Below, one piece after another: positions 43,410-57,230 of a stretch of 64,000 nucleotides of DNA. The stretch is from the human T2T-CHM13v2.0 reference genome, Homo sapiens: the NCBI RefSeq assembly GCF_009914755.1, contig NC_060942.1. One strand, 5' to 3'. Position 1 is the first letter of the stretch, and every line of letters starts with the position of its first letter. The notes beneath the pieces are model-generated. The model saw nothing but the letters and a program-made list of their open reading frames with translations. It was not told the origin of the DNA and ran no database searches. The position numbers and the translations under genes are program-made.

Positions 43410-43463
43410 CCAGGAAGGACCGCCTGGGGGCAACCTTGACTTCTTCATCCTTGCTATCTGCAG
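43410..43463 (-). CDS. SLC66A2: SLC66A2/PQLC1 exon 4, 54-nt frame-preserving cassette exon (AADSKDEEVKVAPRRSFL)
   Basis: Acceptor ctttttaacgtgtag|CT, donor CTGG|gtatgt, phase 1-1. Inclusion gives 271 aa and skipping 253 aa, matching the PQLC1 isoform lengths I recall. Absent from the ORF track. Confidence 0.9.
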
Positions 43464-44929
43464 CTACACGTTAAAAAGGGAGACAGAAACAGAAAGGGGA
43501 AAAAGACAGAAACATACTGGTTTTAACATGGGTAAACAGCTGTGTTCCCAGAACTTTTTGCATTTCTTTAAAAAAAAAAACAAACCAGAATAGAAAGATC
43601 ACAAGATTTTGGTTTTTGTGCATTAGAAAACCCACTTTCTGAACTATTTTTCTGCAAACCTAACCTCTTCCAATATCATAAAAAAGTGAATGGGGAGAAT
43701 GGGAGAAAAATTGAGCCAAAAATTGAAAGTTACCACATTTCCATTTAATCTCTCGGGAGAAAGGCAGCATGGGAGCCCGTCACAAGCGTGCTGTGCTGAT
43801 GGAAAGCAGCCAGGCAGATCCTGCTTCCCTTTTCCTAGAAACTCATCTGTATGCAAGCTGCGGCTGCAATATAGCTGCCCCAGGTCAAAACTCTTCAGAA
43901 GGCTGCCTGATAAAGCTGTTTTCAGAGTACACTCTGCTGTAAAAGGACAGCTGGTTCCGCACATGCACTTGACAAGCACCTCTGCACAGACACAGACACA
44001 GGGACAATGTGACAGGGACCCAGCACCCTCCAGGGCCCAGCACTGGCAATGACAGGTTATAAGTCAACCTTCCTATCTGCGCAGCCCCAGGACAAGACAG
44101 CAGCCAAGGTCCTGGAAAACAGTGTGGCCTCTAGGTGGCTCCTGGGAAGCCCCATGGGGTTTGGGATTGAAGACAGTTGATAAACAAGAGACTCAAATAA
44201 GTCCTGGGATCAGAAAGCAGAAGTAGGATCAAAGGTTGTGTTTGCCTGCCCCAGGCAATGTAGACTTAAAATGGAAATTTTGCAAGTGAACAGCTAAAAG
44301 CAAATACGAGGTGACCTCTGACCTCTGCCCTCTGCTACTTGGACTTAGGGTGTTGTTCCACTCACAAGGCAGGAACTGCAATATTTCTACCAAATTTGAG
44401 GGTTTTATAAACCAATGCAGCATACAAAGTGCAGTCTTCTCTCCTCCCTCAGCCTCCCCCAGCACTGCCTCTTGGATTCTATGGGTCCCTCAGCTCGTCC
44501 TCTCTGTTGCTTTGATTTAGACAACATCCCTCTCCACGGGCGCCTCTTCTAAAGACCAAGATCCTCAAGGGGTGGGAGGGAGGGACCACCCAAGGCAGGA
44601 CTGCTCAGTCCACACTGTTTCCCTTCTCACATCCAGGTGTGACTGTGAACAGGCAATGGTGGGAGGCAGCCAGCCGGCAGGCTGGGGAAGAAGACATGGT
44701 TCAGGCTGCAGAGTCACATCCCACACCAGGCTGTGTCCTAGGCACAGCCTCAAGCTACCTGAGGCTCCTTGCCTGGAAAGCAGTGTGATCAGATCCACGT
44801 TTGTGTAGGATGGAATGCAGAGTTCTGATGCTGAGAGAGCTGCCAGGAACATTTTCAACAGTCACACACTTCCACAGATCTGTGCTGAACACGTCCTCCA
44901 GACCAGGCACTCAGGATCCAAAAAGGGCC

Positions 44930-45445
44930 CAGCAACATTTTCCTTTTCCTCCACACTCGGCATCAGGAGGTGGTGTCAGTGTCTTCTCCCCTTGATCATG
45001 GGTGGGCTTGTGACCACTCCAGTCCACAGAAGCAATGCTGTGATTTCCAAGACTTAGGTCATAAAAAAGATACAGCTTCCACCTGCTTTCTCAGGTAGCT
45101 CCCCCTTGGGACCTGGCCGCCATGTTGTGAGGAAGCCCAGGTCTCATGAGGAGGCCTTGGTGGGTGTCCCAGCAGAGCCTGGGTGGAGGTCCCAGCAGAT
45201 AGATGGCTAGCACCAGCCATGCCAAAGAGCGAGTGAGGGAGAGAGAGAGAGAGAGAAAAAGCAAGAGAATGAGCTTCAAGGGCTGCAGCCCTAGCCTTTG
45301 AGCCTCCCCAGATGCTCCTGAGGACAGCAGAGACCAGCTATTCTTGCCAAGCTCTGCCCAAAATGCACTCACAAGCAAAATAATTGTTGTCCTTCCAAGT
45401 CCTAAGATTTGGGGTAACTTGTGGAGTAGCCAAAGAGACTGGAAC
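44930..45445 (+). mobile_element. MaLR LTR (MLT1-like)
   Basis: ggtgggcttgtgac...taggtcataaaaa...gccatgttgtgaggaagccca...ttggggtaacttgt. Confidence 0.55.
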
Positions 45446-45829
45446 AAGAGAGACACAACAAGTTATGGTTCCACATGGCCAGCAGGAAGGAGGCTGGCTG
45501 GGCCACAGAGGCCATCACCTGCTTCCTGGGACTTTGGTCCATGTCACGACTGGAGACCACTGCTGTTGGCACATGAAGGAAGGTTTGCACTGTACCCTGT
45601 CGGTACGGCGTGTATGGGGAGTGCAGGGGTGATAGTGACAGGGAGGTGCCAGACAGCCTGGGACCAGGGAAGAGCACATGATCACAGTGGCCCAGGCGAG
45701 CCCCCAATGGGAGGTACACAGGCAGATACAGGGATTCCTAATGTGACGTCCAAGAATCTCAATAAACCCCTGAAAATGCATGCAAGATGGCACATGACCC
45801 CTACATACAACACATTTTCCAGCTTTCCT

Positions 45830-45990
45830 GAACTATAACTAACTCACCTGTTTAAAGTGTACAATTCAATGGTTTTTAGGATATCCACAGTTGTGCAAAC
45901 ACCATCACTATCTAATTTCAGGACATCTTCAGCACCCCAAAAAGAAACCCTTGACTAACCAGCAGCCACTCCCTCTCCCTGGCCTCCAGC
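45830..45990 (-). mobile_element. L1 3'-end fragment (L1MB-like)
   Basis: tttaaagtgtacaattcaatggttttt...cacagttgtgcaa...caccccaaaaagaaaccc. Confidence 0.6.
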
Positions 45991-47433
45991 CTGGAACTGA
46001 GTGTTGAGATTTGGGACAAATTTCAAGTAAATTCAACCACCTGACTTTGAGCCACAGACAATTATTTCTCAAATAACCCCTAAGAGGAACTTAAAAGGAA
46101 AAAAGTACATGATAAAACAAAGTTAAACTTTATAAAAGCAATATTTAAAATGAAACAAATGACCCCGTGTATCCAGTTGCTGGTGCACCCCTGACAAGGT
46201 GCGTTTGTTTCCTGGTGACGTATCATGCAGCAGCGACCTGACCTCCGTTCCCAGCGGGAAGTGTCCTGAGGATGTGCAATCCTGAGCATATAAACCTCCA
46301 CCCCCAATAAAACAAACGTTTTCAGTAACCGGGAGGCCGGCGCTGGCATGGTGACCCTCAGACTGCCGTGCACAGAGAGGGCTAAGGGAGGCATGAGGAT
46401 GCCACATTCCATTATTTGTGGGGTCCTTGAGGGCAGAAGGGAGGCAGAGCTCAGGCTAAGCGACACAGCCAGGCCTGGAGGTTTGAAGTCAAATGGAAAG
46501 AATTGGTGTCCACTCATGAAGTATTTCACCTCACCAAAAAAAACTCCCTAGCTCCATCCACTGAAAAAGCCAAAAAATCAACCTGTAGGCCAACCCTCAC
46601 ACATGCCTAGGCCGTGGTCTCCAAACACTGTGTCCCAGATACCAGAGCTCCTTGGAGAAACGACGGATTCTAGGTCTGGGGCAGGAGATGTAGCCGCCAC
46701 ACGAGCACCCTGTTATACCAGGATCCTGTGTAGAAGCGAGACCCCTCATGCTGGGTCGAAAGGGCCCAGCAGCATCTGACGCGGCTCCCCGGCCAGAGGG
46801 AAGAACTGGAGCATTAACAAGCGTAATAATCCAGTAACACACCAAACGTCCAACTCACATGTTCAGAATGACTCAGAAACATGCACTCATCATTGCAAGA
46901 TGCTAGGGAACCAACTTTGAAAACTGGTAAAGAGACCCGCATTTCCTTTATAAATTACACCTGTGGATAGCTGAACAATGGGTACCCGCCCATTTCTCTG
47001 CAGAGGGGCTCCAGCTAACAGACAACAAACATCCTGCAGCCCCTGATGAGCTGACGGCCTCAGCATGAGCCCCACAGTGGCCGCTGACCACACGCACCTC
47101 CGACGGAACGACGCAACCATCCTGCGAAACACAAGAACCAAACCTGGATCCGATAGGGCCTCGGGGTCCGCTATCTTTTTAAAATGCTCTTTCACAGAAA
47201 GAGCCAAGGACAGAACACCTTGTCCTTGTCCACATCCCAGGGACATAAAGACACGAGGAAACACCAGGAGTGCCATCTCCACTGCAGGGCTTCCCAAAAC
47301 TCAGCCTGCAGGAGTACTCAGCAATCTTGTTAAAAATGCAGGTGGCACTGATGCCGCAATACAGACCACGGGCAAAGTTGAGAGGAGCTAAGGGAGAACC
47401 CACGGATTTTTAAACAACAAAATCGTATATACT

Positions 47434-47618
47434 GCCAGACACAGGGGCTCACACCTGTAATCCCAACGCTTTGGGAGGCTGAGGTGGGAGGATCGCTTGG
47501 CTTGAACCCAGGAATTCAAGGTGATAATGAGCTTTGATAACACCACTGCACTCCAGCCTGGGCAACAGAGTGAGACCCTGTCTCAAAAAAAAAAAAAGAA
47601 AGAAAGAAAAAAGAAAAA
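47434..47618 (+). mobile_element. Alu, single-monomer length or internally deleted, with A tail
   Basis: ggctcacacctgtaatccc...cactgcactccagcctgggcaacagagtgagaccctgtctc followed by an A run. Confidence 0.8.
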
Positions 47619-48103
47619 CCTGCAGGAAGGAGACCTGAATGCAACTGTGGGTCCAATCACCCTCGGGACTTTATGCCACCCTACCTACTTGGTAAACGCT
47701 TGAAATTCTCCATAATGCAAAGTGAAAGGTAAAAAGAAATAACCCAGCACACGAGAGACAGGTGTGCACTCACTCCCAACCGCAGTCAGCCATGGCCTGG
47801 CCGAAGAGGCTCAGCTCCGCCCAGGGGTTGCACCGTGCTGATGCCAGCCCTGCCTTCCTCAGGCTGGGCACTCGGGGCCCTGTGGGACATCTCCCTCCAG
47901 TGAGGGGCTCTGACCCTGACTCACAGCAAAAAGGGCTTGGGAAAACATCTCAGTGGAATGAGGGTTTCTTTTTAAAGTCTGATCATAATTTTGAAAATTA
48001 TGCCAGTTTTGTGAAAGGCGACTGTAGAAGAAAAAAGGAAGAGACTTGGAAAGCATGCCACGAGGTTCAAAGTAGTCACCTCTGGAGGGTGGGGTGGAGG
48101 CTG

Positions 48104-48413
48104 TTTTTTTGTTTTGCTTTGTTTTGTTTTTTAAGATGGAGTCTCACCCTGTGGCCCAGGCTGGAATGCAATGGCCCAATCTTGGCTCACTGCAACCTCC
48201 ACCTCCAGGGTTCAAGTGATTCTCCCACCTCAGCCTTCTGAGTAGCTGGGATTACAGGCATGCGCCACCACGCCCAGCTAACTTTTTGTATCTTTAGTAG
48301 AGACGGGGTTTCACCATGTTGGCCAGGATGGTCTCGAACTCCCGACCTCGTGATCCGCCCACCTCGGCCTCCCAAAGTGCTGGGATTACAGGCATGAGCC
48401 GCTGCGACCGGCC
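48104..48413 (-). mobile_element. Alu (AluS-like)
   Basis: gatggagtctcaccctgtggcccagg...ggatggtctcgaactcccgacctcgtgatccgccc... Confidence 0.92.
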
Positions 48414-48804
48414 AGAAGCTGTTTTACTTTATATTCTGTCTTCCCCAAATGTCTACCATGAGCATGCACTGTTCTTTATAATCAGACAACAAATTATGTA
48501 TCTAATTTTTTAAGTAACCTACTCTTTCTTAATACCATTTATGTTTCTTTTATATTAACTTTCAAACTGAATTTGTGACCTTCAAAACTTAAAATCCCTA
48601 TAAAAGATAGCTGGAAAACATTTCCGCTTTTATTTCATTAGGTCGTCTGACCATCCATGAGCACAGTGAAATGCAGCTATTCAAACGTTTCCTCATAAGT
48701 TATTTTCATGTCCTCATCGGTCTGCCAAGAATTGTGCCTCTCAAGGCCCATGATCCCCCTTGGCATGTCCTCACCCTCAGGGTGAGGCTCAAGAATGTAC
48801 TTGG

Positions 48805-49941
48805 CAAAAGCAATAATTGACAAAGGGGATCTAATTAAACTAAAGAGCTGCTGCATAGCAAAAGAAACTATCAACAGAGCAAACAGACAACCTACAGATG
48901 GGAGAAAATTTTTGCAAACTACGCATTTGACAAAGGTCTAATATCCAGCAACTATAAGGAACTTAAATTTACAAGAAAAAAATGAATAACCCCATTAAAA
49001 AGTGGGCAAAGGACATGAACACTTTTCAAAAGAAGACATACATGCGGCCAACAAGCGTATGAAAAAAAGCTCAACATCACTGATCATTAGAGAAACGCAA
49101 ATCAAAACCACAATGAGATGCCGTCTCATACCAGTCGGAATGGCTATTAATAAAAAAAAATAACAGATGCTGGTGGGGTTGTGAAGAAAAAGGAACACTT
49201 ACATACTGTTGGTGGGAGTGTAAATTAGCTCAACCATTGCAGAAGATGGTGTGGTGATTCCTCAAAGACCAGAAATACCATTCAACCCAACAATCCCGGT
49301 ACTGGGTATAAACGCCAGGAATATAAATCGCTCTACTATAGACACATGCACACATATGTTCACTGCAGCACTATTCACACTAGCAAAGACTTGGAATTAA
49401 CCTAAATGCCCATCAATGAAAATCATCTAGATTTTCTTCTGGATGAAGCAAATGTGGTACGTATACACCACGGAATACTATGCAGCCATAAAAGAGAACA
49501 AGATCGTATCCTTTAGAGGAGCACAGATGGAGCTGGAGGCCATCATCCTTAGCAAACTAACACGGGAACAGAAGACCAAATGCCGCATGTTCTCACGTGT
49601 AAGTGGGAGCTAAATGATGAGAACACATGGACACACAGAGGGGAACAACAGCCACTAGAGCCTGTCGGGGGGTGGAGAGCAGGAGGAGGGAGAGGACCGG
49701 GAAAAATAACCAGTGGGTACTAGGCTTAATACCTGGGTGATGAAATAATCTGCACACTGGCCGGGCGCAGTGGGTCACGCCCGTAATGCCAGCACTTCGG
49801 GAGGCCAAGGTGGGTGGATCACTTGAGGTCAGGAGTTCAGGAGTTAGAGAAATAATCTGTACACTAAACCCCCGTGACAAACAATTTACCTATATAACAA
49901 ACCTGCACATGTACCTGAACTTAAAAGCTTAAAAAAAAAAA
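48805..49941 (+). mobile_element. Primate L1 (L1PA-like) 3' ~1.1 kb with A tail
   Basis: gatctaattaaactaaagagc...aaaagaagacatacatgcggccaac...aacaaacctgcacatgtacc...aacttaaaa followed by an A run. Confidence 0.9.
49759..49848 (+). mobile_element. 3'-truncated (tailless) Alu with 17-bp TSD, inside the L1
   Basis: ggccgggcgcagtgg...gaggtcaggagttc flanked by gaaataatctg[c/t]acact (49742-49758 and 49849-49865). Confidence 0.85.
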
Positions 49942-50484
49942 CAGAACATGTTCAGAGCCAACAACCTTCCCTTAAAGGTGACGCCGCTGACAGGAAGACA
50001 AGGCTGGCCACCTTGCTTGGCATGGGGCTGTGCTGCAGGAGCTACCGATCGGGCGGCCAGAAGCCAGAGCTTTCAGTCTGAACTCCAGTGATGTTCCTGC
50101 CTTGCCCTCCCCTCTCCTGGCAGATGAGAGGACATGAGCCCACACCTTTCATCAAGACGCCCTGCAGGAACAGGCCTGGCCCATCCACCAAGGGGACGTG
50201 GACATGTATAAACTCAAACCGGACTCCAATATTAAGAGTGCTGCAGAGGTAAATCTTGAGAATTCTTTAACACACACAGCTACACCCCAGGACACAGAGC
50301 TCAAGAGCGGATGTCCCACTTGAGGTCATTTGGGGCCCAGGAGTCATGCAGCTTGGTTCTCAGTCCTCCCCGGGGGAGGGCAGGCACAGGTCACCCAGGC
50401 TGACCCCAGGAGCCCGGCCCCCTACCCCTCGTGGCGGCCCTGGACTGCTTCCCAAATACTCCAGGCCTGAGGAAAGGGTGCCCC

Positions 50485-50892
50485 AGCTTCCTATCGCCTC
50501 CATAACAAGGTACCACAAACGTGGCAGCCACAATGCAGGCTGATTATCTTAATTCTGGAGGCCAGAGGCCCAGTGGTCTCCTGAACTAAAACCAAGGCTG
50601 TGTCTCCTACCCATTCAAGTACAGGCAGAACTCAGCTCCCCGTGGTCGGGGGCTCTGCTGCCTGTAAAGCGACGGCCGACCCATGGCAGAGAGCCAGGCC
50701 CTCAGCTCCAGCACCTGACCATCTCCTCTGCGGCCCTTGTTCACGTCTGAGGACCCCTGAGATTAGGTTACACCACAGGATAATCCAGGACCAGCCCCCT
50801 CAAGAGTCTCTCTGCCATGTACAGTGGCACGTCACAGGTTCCCAGGATCAGGGCACGGACGTCTCCAGGGGCCATTATTCTGTACACCCACA
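50485..50892 (-). mobile_element. MaLR LTR remnant (MLT1-like)
   Basis: ccataacaaggtaccacaaac...ttctggaggccaga...ggataatccagga...cacaggttccc...ggggccattattctg. Confidence 0.55.
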
Positions 50893-51257
50893 GAGGGTGT
50901 TTAAAATTCAGATTCCAGGCCTAGCTCTGGAAACTGGGACTCACATTTTTAACTCATCCTGGGTAACCAGAAGAGAAGTACTCCTTTGGAAGAAGTGACA
51001 CAGAACGCCAGGCATCCACCATCCCACTCCCTTCTTATCCAACGGTCCTCTGAGACAAGCCTGAACCTGCACCTGCTGGTAAAATGAATGCAGGTGGGGA
51101 GCTTACGATGCCGCTTCTAGGGGTATCCCAGTGTTCCAACACACACTCACATTAAACCCCACGCTGGCTGCTCTGCCTGGACACTCACAACCTGCCGTCT
51201 CTGGGACCTCACATCAAGCCACTGCCCACTGCCAACAAGGTCACAAGGTCTGGCCTC

Positions 51258-51378
51258 ATGTCCAGAGCCCGAGGACAGCAGAAACACCCAGCAACGCACT
51301 GGGCATCTTAGGCACAAATGTCCAGAGCCCGAGGACAGCAGAAACACCCAGCAATGCACTGGGCATCTTAGGCACAAA
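51258..51378. repeat. Near-perfect 60-bp tandem duplication
   Basis: atgtccagagcccgaggacagcagaaacacccagcaa[c/t]gcactgggcatcttaggcacaa x2. Confidence 0.92.
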
Positions 51379-52614
51379 CCGTTCTCTCGGCCAGCCGGCC
51401 CTCCCACAGTGAGAACATTCTTGTTCCAAGTTAAATACTGAGGTTCAAAGGGGCAGGGAACACGCCATGAGGAGCTCAGGTCCAGAGAAGGAGCAAAGCC
51501 TTGCGGGGAGCAAGACCGAGTCACCTAAGCAGAAATGTAAAACCGCAGCTCCTCATGCGGGGAATCCGGCTGGTTCTTAAAAGCCTGCTTTCTAGGCAAG
51601 ATCTGTGGTATCCTCAGTACCATCTCTGGTGTAATTTCAAACCCAAAACACAATAGAAGGGAACAGAGCAGAGACTCAGAGGAGAGGAGAATGGCGTGAA
51701 TGGGGAGAAAGAACAGAACACCGCAGAAAAGACGCTGGAGCTCATCTCTGTGGCCCCAACGACACTAACTGGCCCAGGTCACACTGGCTGGAGGCTGGTC
51801 TGGTTTCTACAGAGGCTGAAAGCAGCACACAGTCACCTCAGTCTAGAAACAGAAGCAGACAAAAAGGCAGAGGTGGGAATCCTCTCCAACAGGACGAAGT
51901 AGCGGTCAGGAATAGAAACACAGGGACACAGCTCCCCGGCAAGAGCTCAAATCCACAGAAGCCCCAAACTTAACAAACTCTGGGAAGATACTCTTCTCCA
52001 AGTGATAGCTGAGATCAATCTCTCTCTCAAAGCCAAAGTGAGTGCTGTCTTAGATTTAGTAATTAGAAGAAAAACAAAAGGAAGGATTTAACCCTCCTGC
52101 ACACAAGAAGCCCGCCAGCCTGCATGTTCAAACAGAGTTCAGACTGGAACAAACTGTGCAATAGGCAAAAACTGGAAGAAGTATTTTCTATTTTCTAAGC
52201 TGCCAAAGGTTAAGGAGCCATGTGTGCTAAGCATGTGATTGGTCCTGCCCAGCTGTCAACACTGCAGTGTGCTCCGCATAAAGGGGCTGCCTGACCCTGC
52301 GGGGGGACTCTGGGTCTGTTTAACAAGGTCTGTGAGGAAGACCCTGGCTAAGGTACCCCTGAGTCACAGCAGAACTGAAAGGGTGTGTTTTGTGTACAGG
52401 CCACGCACACAGACGAAACGCCTGACCTAGTACCGTCTGACCTGATGGGCCAGGCACAGATGAGCACTTCTTGTTCTGACACAGAAAGCGTCTGGGATGG
52501 CGCTCACAGCCAAGAGGAACCGTGAAGATGTGTTGAGGCCTCACCCAACTTCCAGTGAAGAAACTATTATCTTGAATTGCTTCAAGTCATAAACCGTTTA
52601 ACTGAAGTCATTTA

Positions 52615-53360
<746 letters not shown>

Positions 53361-54264
53361 CCCACCCACTCCACCTCTCCCAGGCCCCAAGCGGCATCCC
53401 GGGGAAGGAGCCCAGGAGTTGGCAAACACCACAGTGACCAGGCACCTGTTGCCCATCTCCCAGACTCCAGGTGGGGTAGGGCTCCGGGGAGGGGCCGTAA
53501 GACCCCCATACAGCCTGACTCAGAACCCTTCGGCACATTTGGCGCTCCCCAGAACCAGTGGCCCAGGCACTGGTACCCGGGTCTAGTGGCCCTGAGTCCC
53601 CTCCCACAGCTCAGCCCAGGTGCCCCAGGCCCTCCCTGCAGCCTCCGGGTTGCCACCAGGCAAAAAGCCCAGTTTCTAGCTCACAGCAGCCCTGCTTCCT
53701 GCCTGGGGAAGGCGGGGATAGTGTGCAGAGCAGCAGGTGGGCCAGATGCGAAATTTCCACATGCACACACACTCCCACAGAAGAGAAGACAGCCAAGGCT
53801 CTGCACCACCCCCGCCCCCACGCCTCCCTGGCCCCGAGCTCCTCTAGCTGCAGGCTCCCAGGCCTTCTTGCTGACTTTTGACCAGGGTTGAGCATCTCTT
53901 CAGCTCAGCTAGGAGCCTCTGCAGGGCAGAACCACAGGCCAATGACTGGGAGTCTCTGCCTCCCTGCGGTCTCTGCCTCCCCAGAGCCACCACAGAGCTG
54001 GGACACATGCCTGCAGAGCCACCACCTCCAAGGCTGGGCTGTGTGTGGCACGCACTCATAGAAAGCCCCAACCCCTGACTGTTCCAGCGCGGGAATCTCA
54101 ATCAGCCTGCAGTTTGGCCTGAAGGGAATTTTCAAAACTTGAACTGGTCACCAACATGTCAAAGTCAGGAGATCCTACATAACAGCCTCATTTCCCAACT
54201 TCTGAAAAACTGGAAGACCTAGCAACAACCACCACAGCCCCCACCTCTCTCCAGCTCCCATGCA

Positions 54265-54527
54265 GCATCCCCTTAACACGAAGCAGAAGAAGGGGGAACC
54301 CCGCAGCCCCCTCAGCACCCCCTTATCGACTCAGAGCAGAAGCAGGGGGAACCCCATAGGCCCCCTCAGCACCCCCTTATCAACACAGAGAAAAGCAGGG
54401 GGAACCCCACAGCCCCCTCAGCACCCCCTTATCAACAGAACAGGAACAGGGGGAACCCCATAGCCCCCTCAGCACTGCCTTATCAACTCAGAGCAGGAAC
54501 AAGGGGAACCCTATAGCCCCCTCAGCA
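54265..54527. repeat. ~55-bp tandem repeat, ~5 copies
   Basis: caggggga accccatagccccctcagcacccccttatcaac-like units. Confidence 0.85.
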
Positions 54528-56123
54528 GGTGAGCCAGCCCAGCAGGTAAGAAGGTTCCACTTGCAGGTGAGGCTCCCACAGCAACCAGGAAAAAGCCACA
54601 GACGTTCTCCTGGGAGGACAGGGAGCCAGGATGCAGTCCTCAGAGGGTGGCCATGCTGATTCCCTCTGTGCTGGCTTCAGAGACCAAGGCCCTTCCCTGT
54701 CTCCTGGGAGCTTTTCAGCAGAGGGAGCAGCTGCCTGAGGTCACAGAGACTCAGGGAGCAGAGGGAAGGGCAGAGAAAACAGTAGCCTGGGCCTGGGGCG
54801 GACAGGGGGCCAGACAGGCAAGCAGACAAGCTGCATCTCACCCAGGTCAGCAGCCATGGCCCAGGGTGGACAGGGGCCAGGCAGGCAGGCACACAAGCTG
54901 TACCTCCAGGAATATCACCCAGGTCAGCAGGGGCCACCACCGTCCCCTTGCCTCACTGGATGCTTCCCGAGGAAGCCTCTGAGAAACACACAAGGCAAGA
55001 CTAAGAGGCAAACAGAAGAAGGGAGGGTGATGGGCCCGGGGATAGAGGACGGCCAGCAGCAAAGAGGCACCTTGAACAGGGTTTTCTGGGCCTGAGGCAC
55101 AGGCCGGAGGTGCAGGGACACTGCAGGAGCAGGAGTGCAGGGGGCACGGGCACTCTGCCCACAGGCTGGCTCCAGCCCCCACACCGGCCCCCTCCAGGCC
55201 TCAGCCTCTGCACTATAAAGCACGATCGCAACCCCCAAGGCTGGAGGATACAGCCAAGCTCACAGTCACTTCCAGGGCCGTTCTCCACTGGCTACCAAGC
55301 GGCCTGGGTGCCGGTCAACCCACCCACAGAGACCTGAGGCTGAGGAGGTGACGCTGGGCAAGCATCTAAAATAGGCCAGTCCCCTGGGACACACGGAGGC
55401 CACTTCACACCACGTTCACCTCCAGCAATGAGGCTGCACGTGAGCCATTTTGGCCACTCTGTGTGAAAGGCCACCTGCATTTTTTTAAATGTTTAACAGA
55501 AGCAATGAATGACGAGACGGAGGAGGAGGCGGGTGAATCAAGGTTTGAGCTTCCCCATAATCCACACATCAAAAATCAAATCTAGAGAAACTCGATATGC
55601 ACAGTAAAGAATGAGGCCTTTTAAAATGAAGTGAGAGGGTGCCCGGGGAGATAGTAAACTAATTTTAGGGTGAAGACAAAGAAAAACACAAAATTTCAAA
55701 AAGCACAGTGTTCCACAAAAGATGCACAAGGAACAAAATGAAAACGAAACAGAATCCAGCAGCATTAGTAATTTTAAAAGCTAATTAAAATAGATGCCAC
55801 ATTTACTTCTCAACTTAACTTTTTCTTCCTTTAGTGATAACAGTCTGTGCTGGCCATGAACTCAGGAGAGCACTTTTCCTCTCCTGCCGGAGGGCGTGAC
55901 TCCCATGCCTCTTCTCACGGCAGGTGCCAGGCAGCCCACCTGTGTGGTGCAGGAGCCTGCTCCTCGGGAAGCACCAAGATACCTCGTCTAAGGTGGACTC
56001 TGCAGGTGATCATGCCCAGGTGCCCATCCACAGGGAGAGACAGTATAGAGGGTGCCCCATAACTGACCAGGCCCACAGAAAAACTTCTCCATGTTCCAAA
56101 ATCTCACAGAAAAACTCAAGCAG

Positions 56124-56414
56124 GGCTGGGCACAGTGGCTCACACCTGTAATCCCAGCACTTTGGGAGGCCAAGGCAGGTGGATCACGAGGTCAGGAGTT
56201 CAAGACCAGCCTGGCCAATATGGTGAAACCCCGTCTCTACTAAAAATACAAAAATTAGCTGGGCGTGGCAGTGGGCGCCTGTAATCCCAGCTATTTGGAA
56301 GGCTGAGGCAGGGAACTGCTTGAACCCGGGAGGCGGTGGGTGCAGTGAGCCGAGATTGTGCCACTACACTCCAGCCTGGGCAAGAGCGAGACTCTTGTCT
56401 AAAAGAAAAAAAAA
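56124..56414 (+). mobile_element. Alu (AluS-like)
   Basis: ggctgggcacagtggctcacacctgtaatcccagcactttgggaggccaagg... to an A tail. Confidence 0.93.
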
Positions 56415-56966
56415 ATCCAGCAGAAGAGAAGCTTTGTAGCTTTGTATCTACTCTTAGGCACCACTAAAGCTATCACCTTTAGTAACAAAATGTTATGACC
56501 TCTCTGATACAATGTTTTCATTCCTCCATCTAAGAGTGCTCCAGCCTGGGTGCTACTGTGGGTGGAGCTGAGGCTCCCAGGGCCCTGCAGCCCAGTGTGG
56601 CCTGATCCCCGCCTGGCCTCTCCGCTTTTCCTCCACATACTCACAGCTGGCAAACACCAGCTATGAGGCATCATTTAGCCCTTCTCCTGGCTTCTGGCAC
56701 CAACCTGCCAAATCCTGAATGTTGGCATTCCACAGAGTGTGATCTGCTGAATGCTGGTTTTGCAAAATGGTAGTAAGGACTGTAAGAAACAAAAACATGA
56801 GTGACCTATGTTTCAGAATCCCTGGGTTTGTACTGTTAAAGCAGCCCCTGCAGGACTGCAGAGCTCCATATGCCATGCACCCCAAATCCCCAACGGGGAG
56901 CTGCCCAGAGGGACTGGAGCTCTGAGGACCATGCCCCAACAGCTTTGGAGGCGTGAAGATTCGAAC

Positions 56967-57230
56967 TCCACCTCTGCTCTCCCCGTCTCCCGCCCCTTCT
57001 CACCAGAGCCCAGCCCAGCCCCACCTCTGCTCTCCCCCCCACCCACTCCCCCCAGCCCCTTCTGCCTGGACCCCGGCCCCTTCTCACCGGAGCCTGCCCC
57101 ACCTCTGCTCTCCCCGTCTCCCGCCCCTTCTCACCAGAGCCCAGCCCAGCCCCACCTCTGCTCTCCGCCCCCACCCCAGCCCCTTCTCACCGGAGCCTGC
57201 CCCCGCCCCACCTCTGCTCTCCTGCTCCCA
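56967..57230. repeat. C-rich complex tandem repeat
   Basis: ccacctctgctctcc and ccccttctcacc[a/g]gagcc blocks each repeated 4-5 times. Confidence 0.8.
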
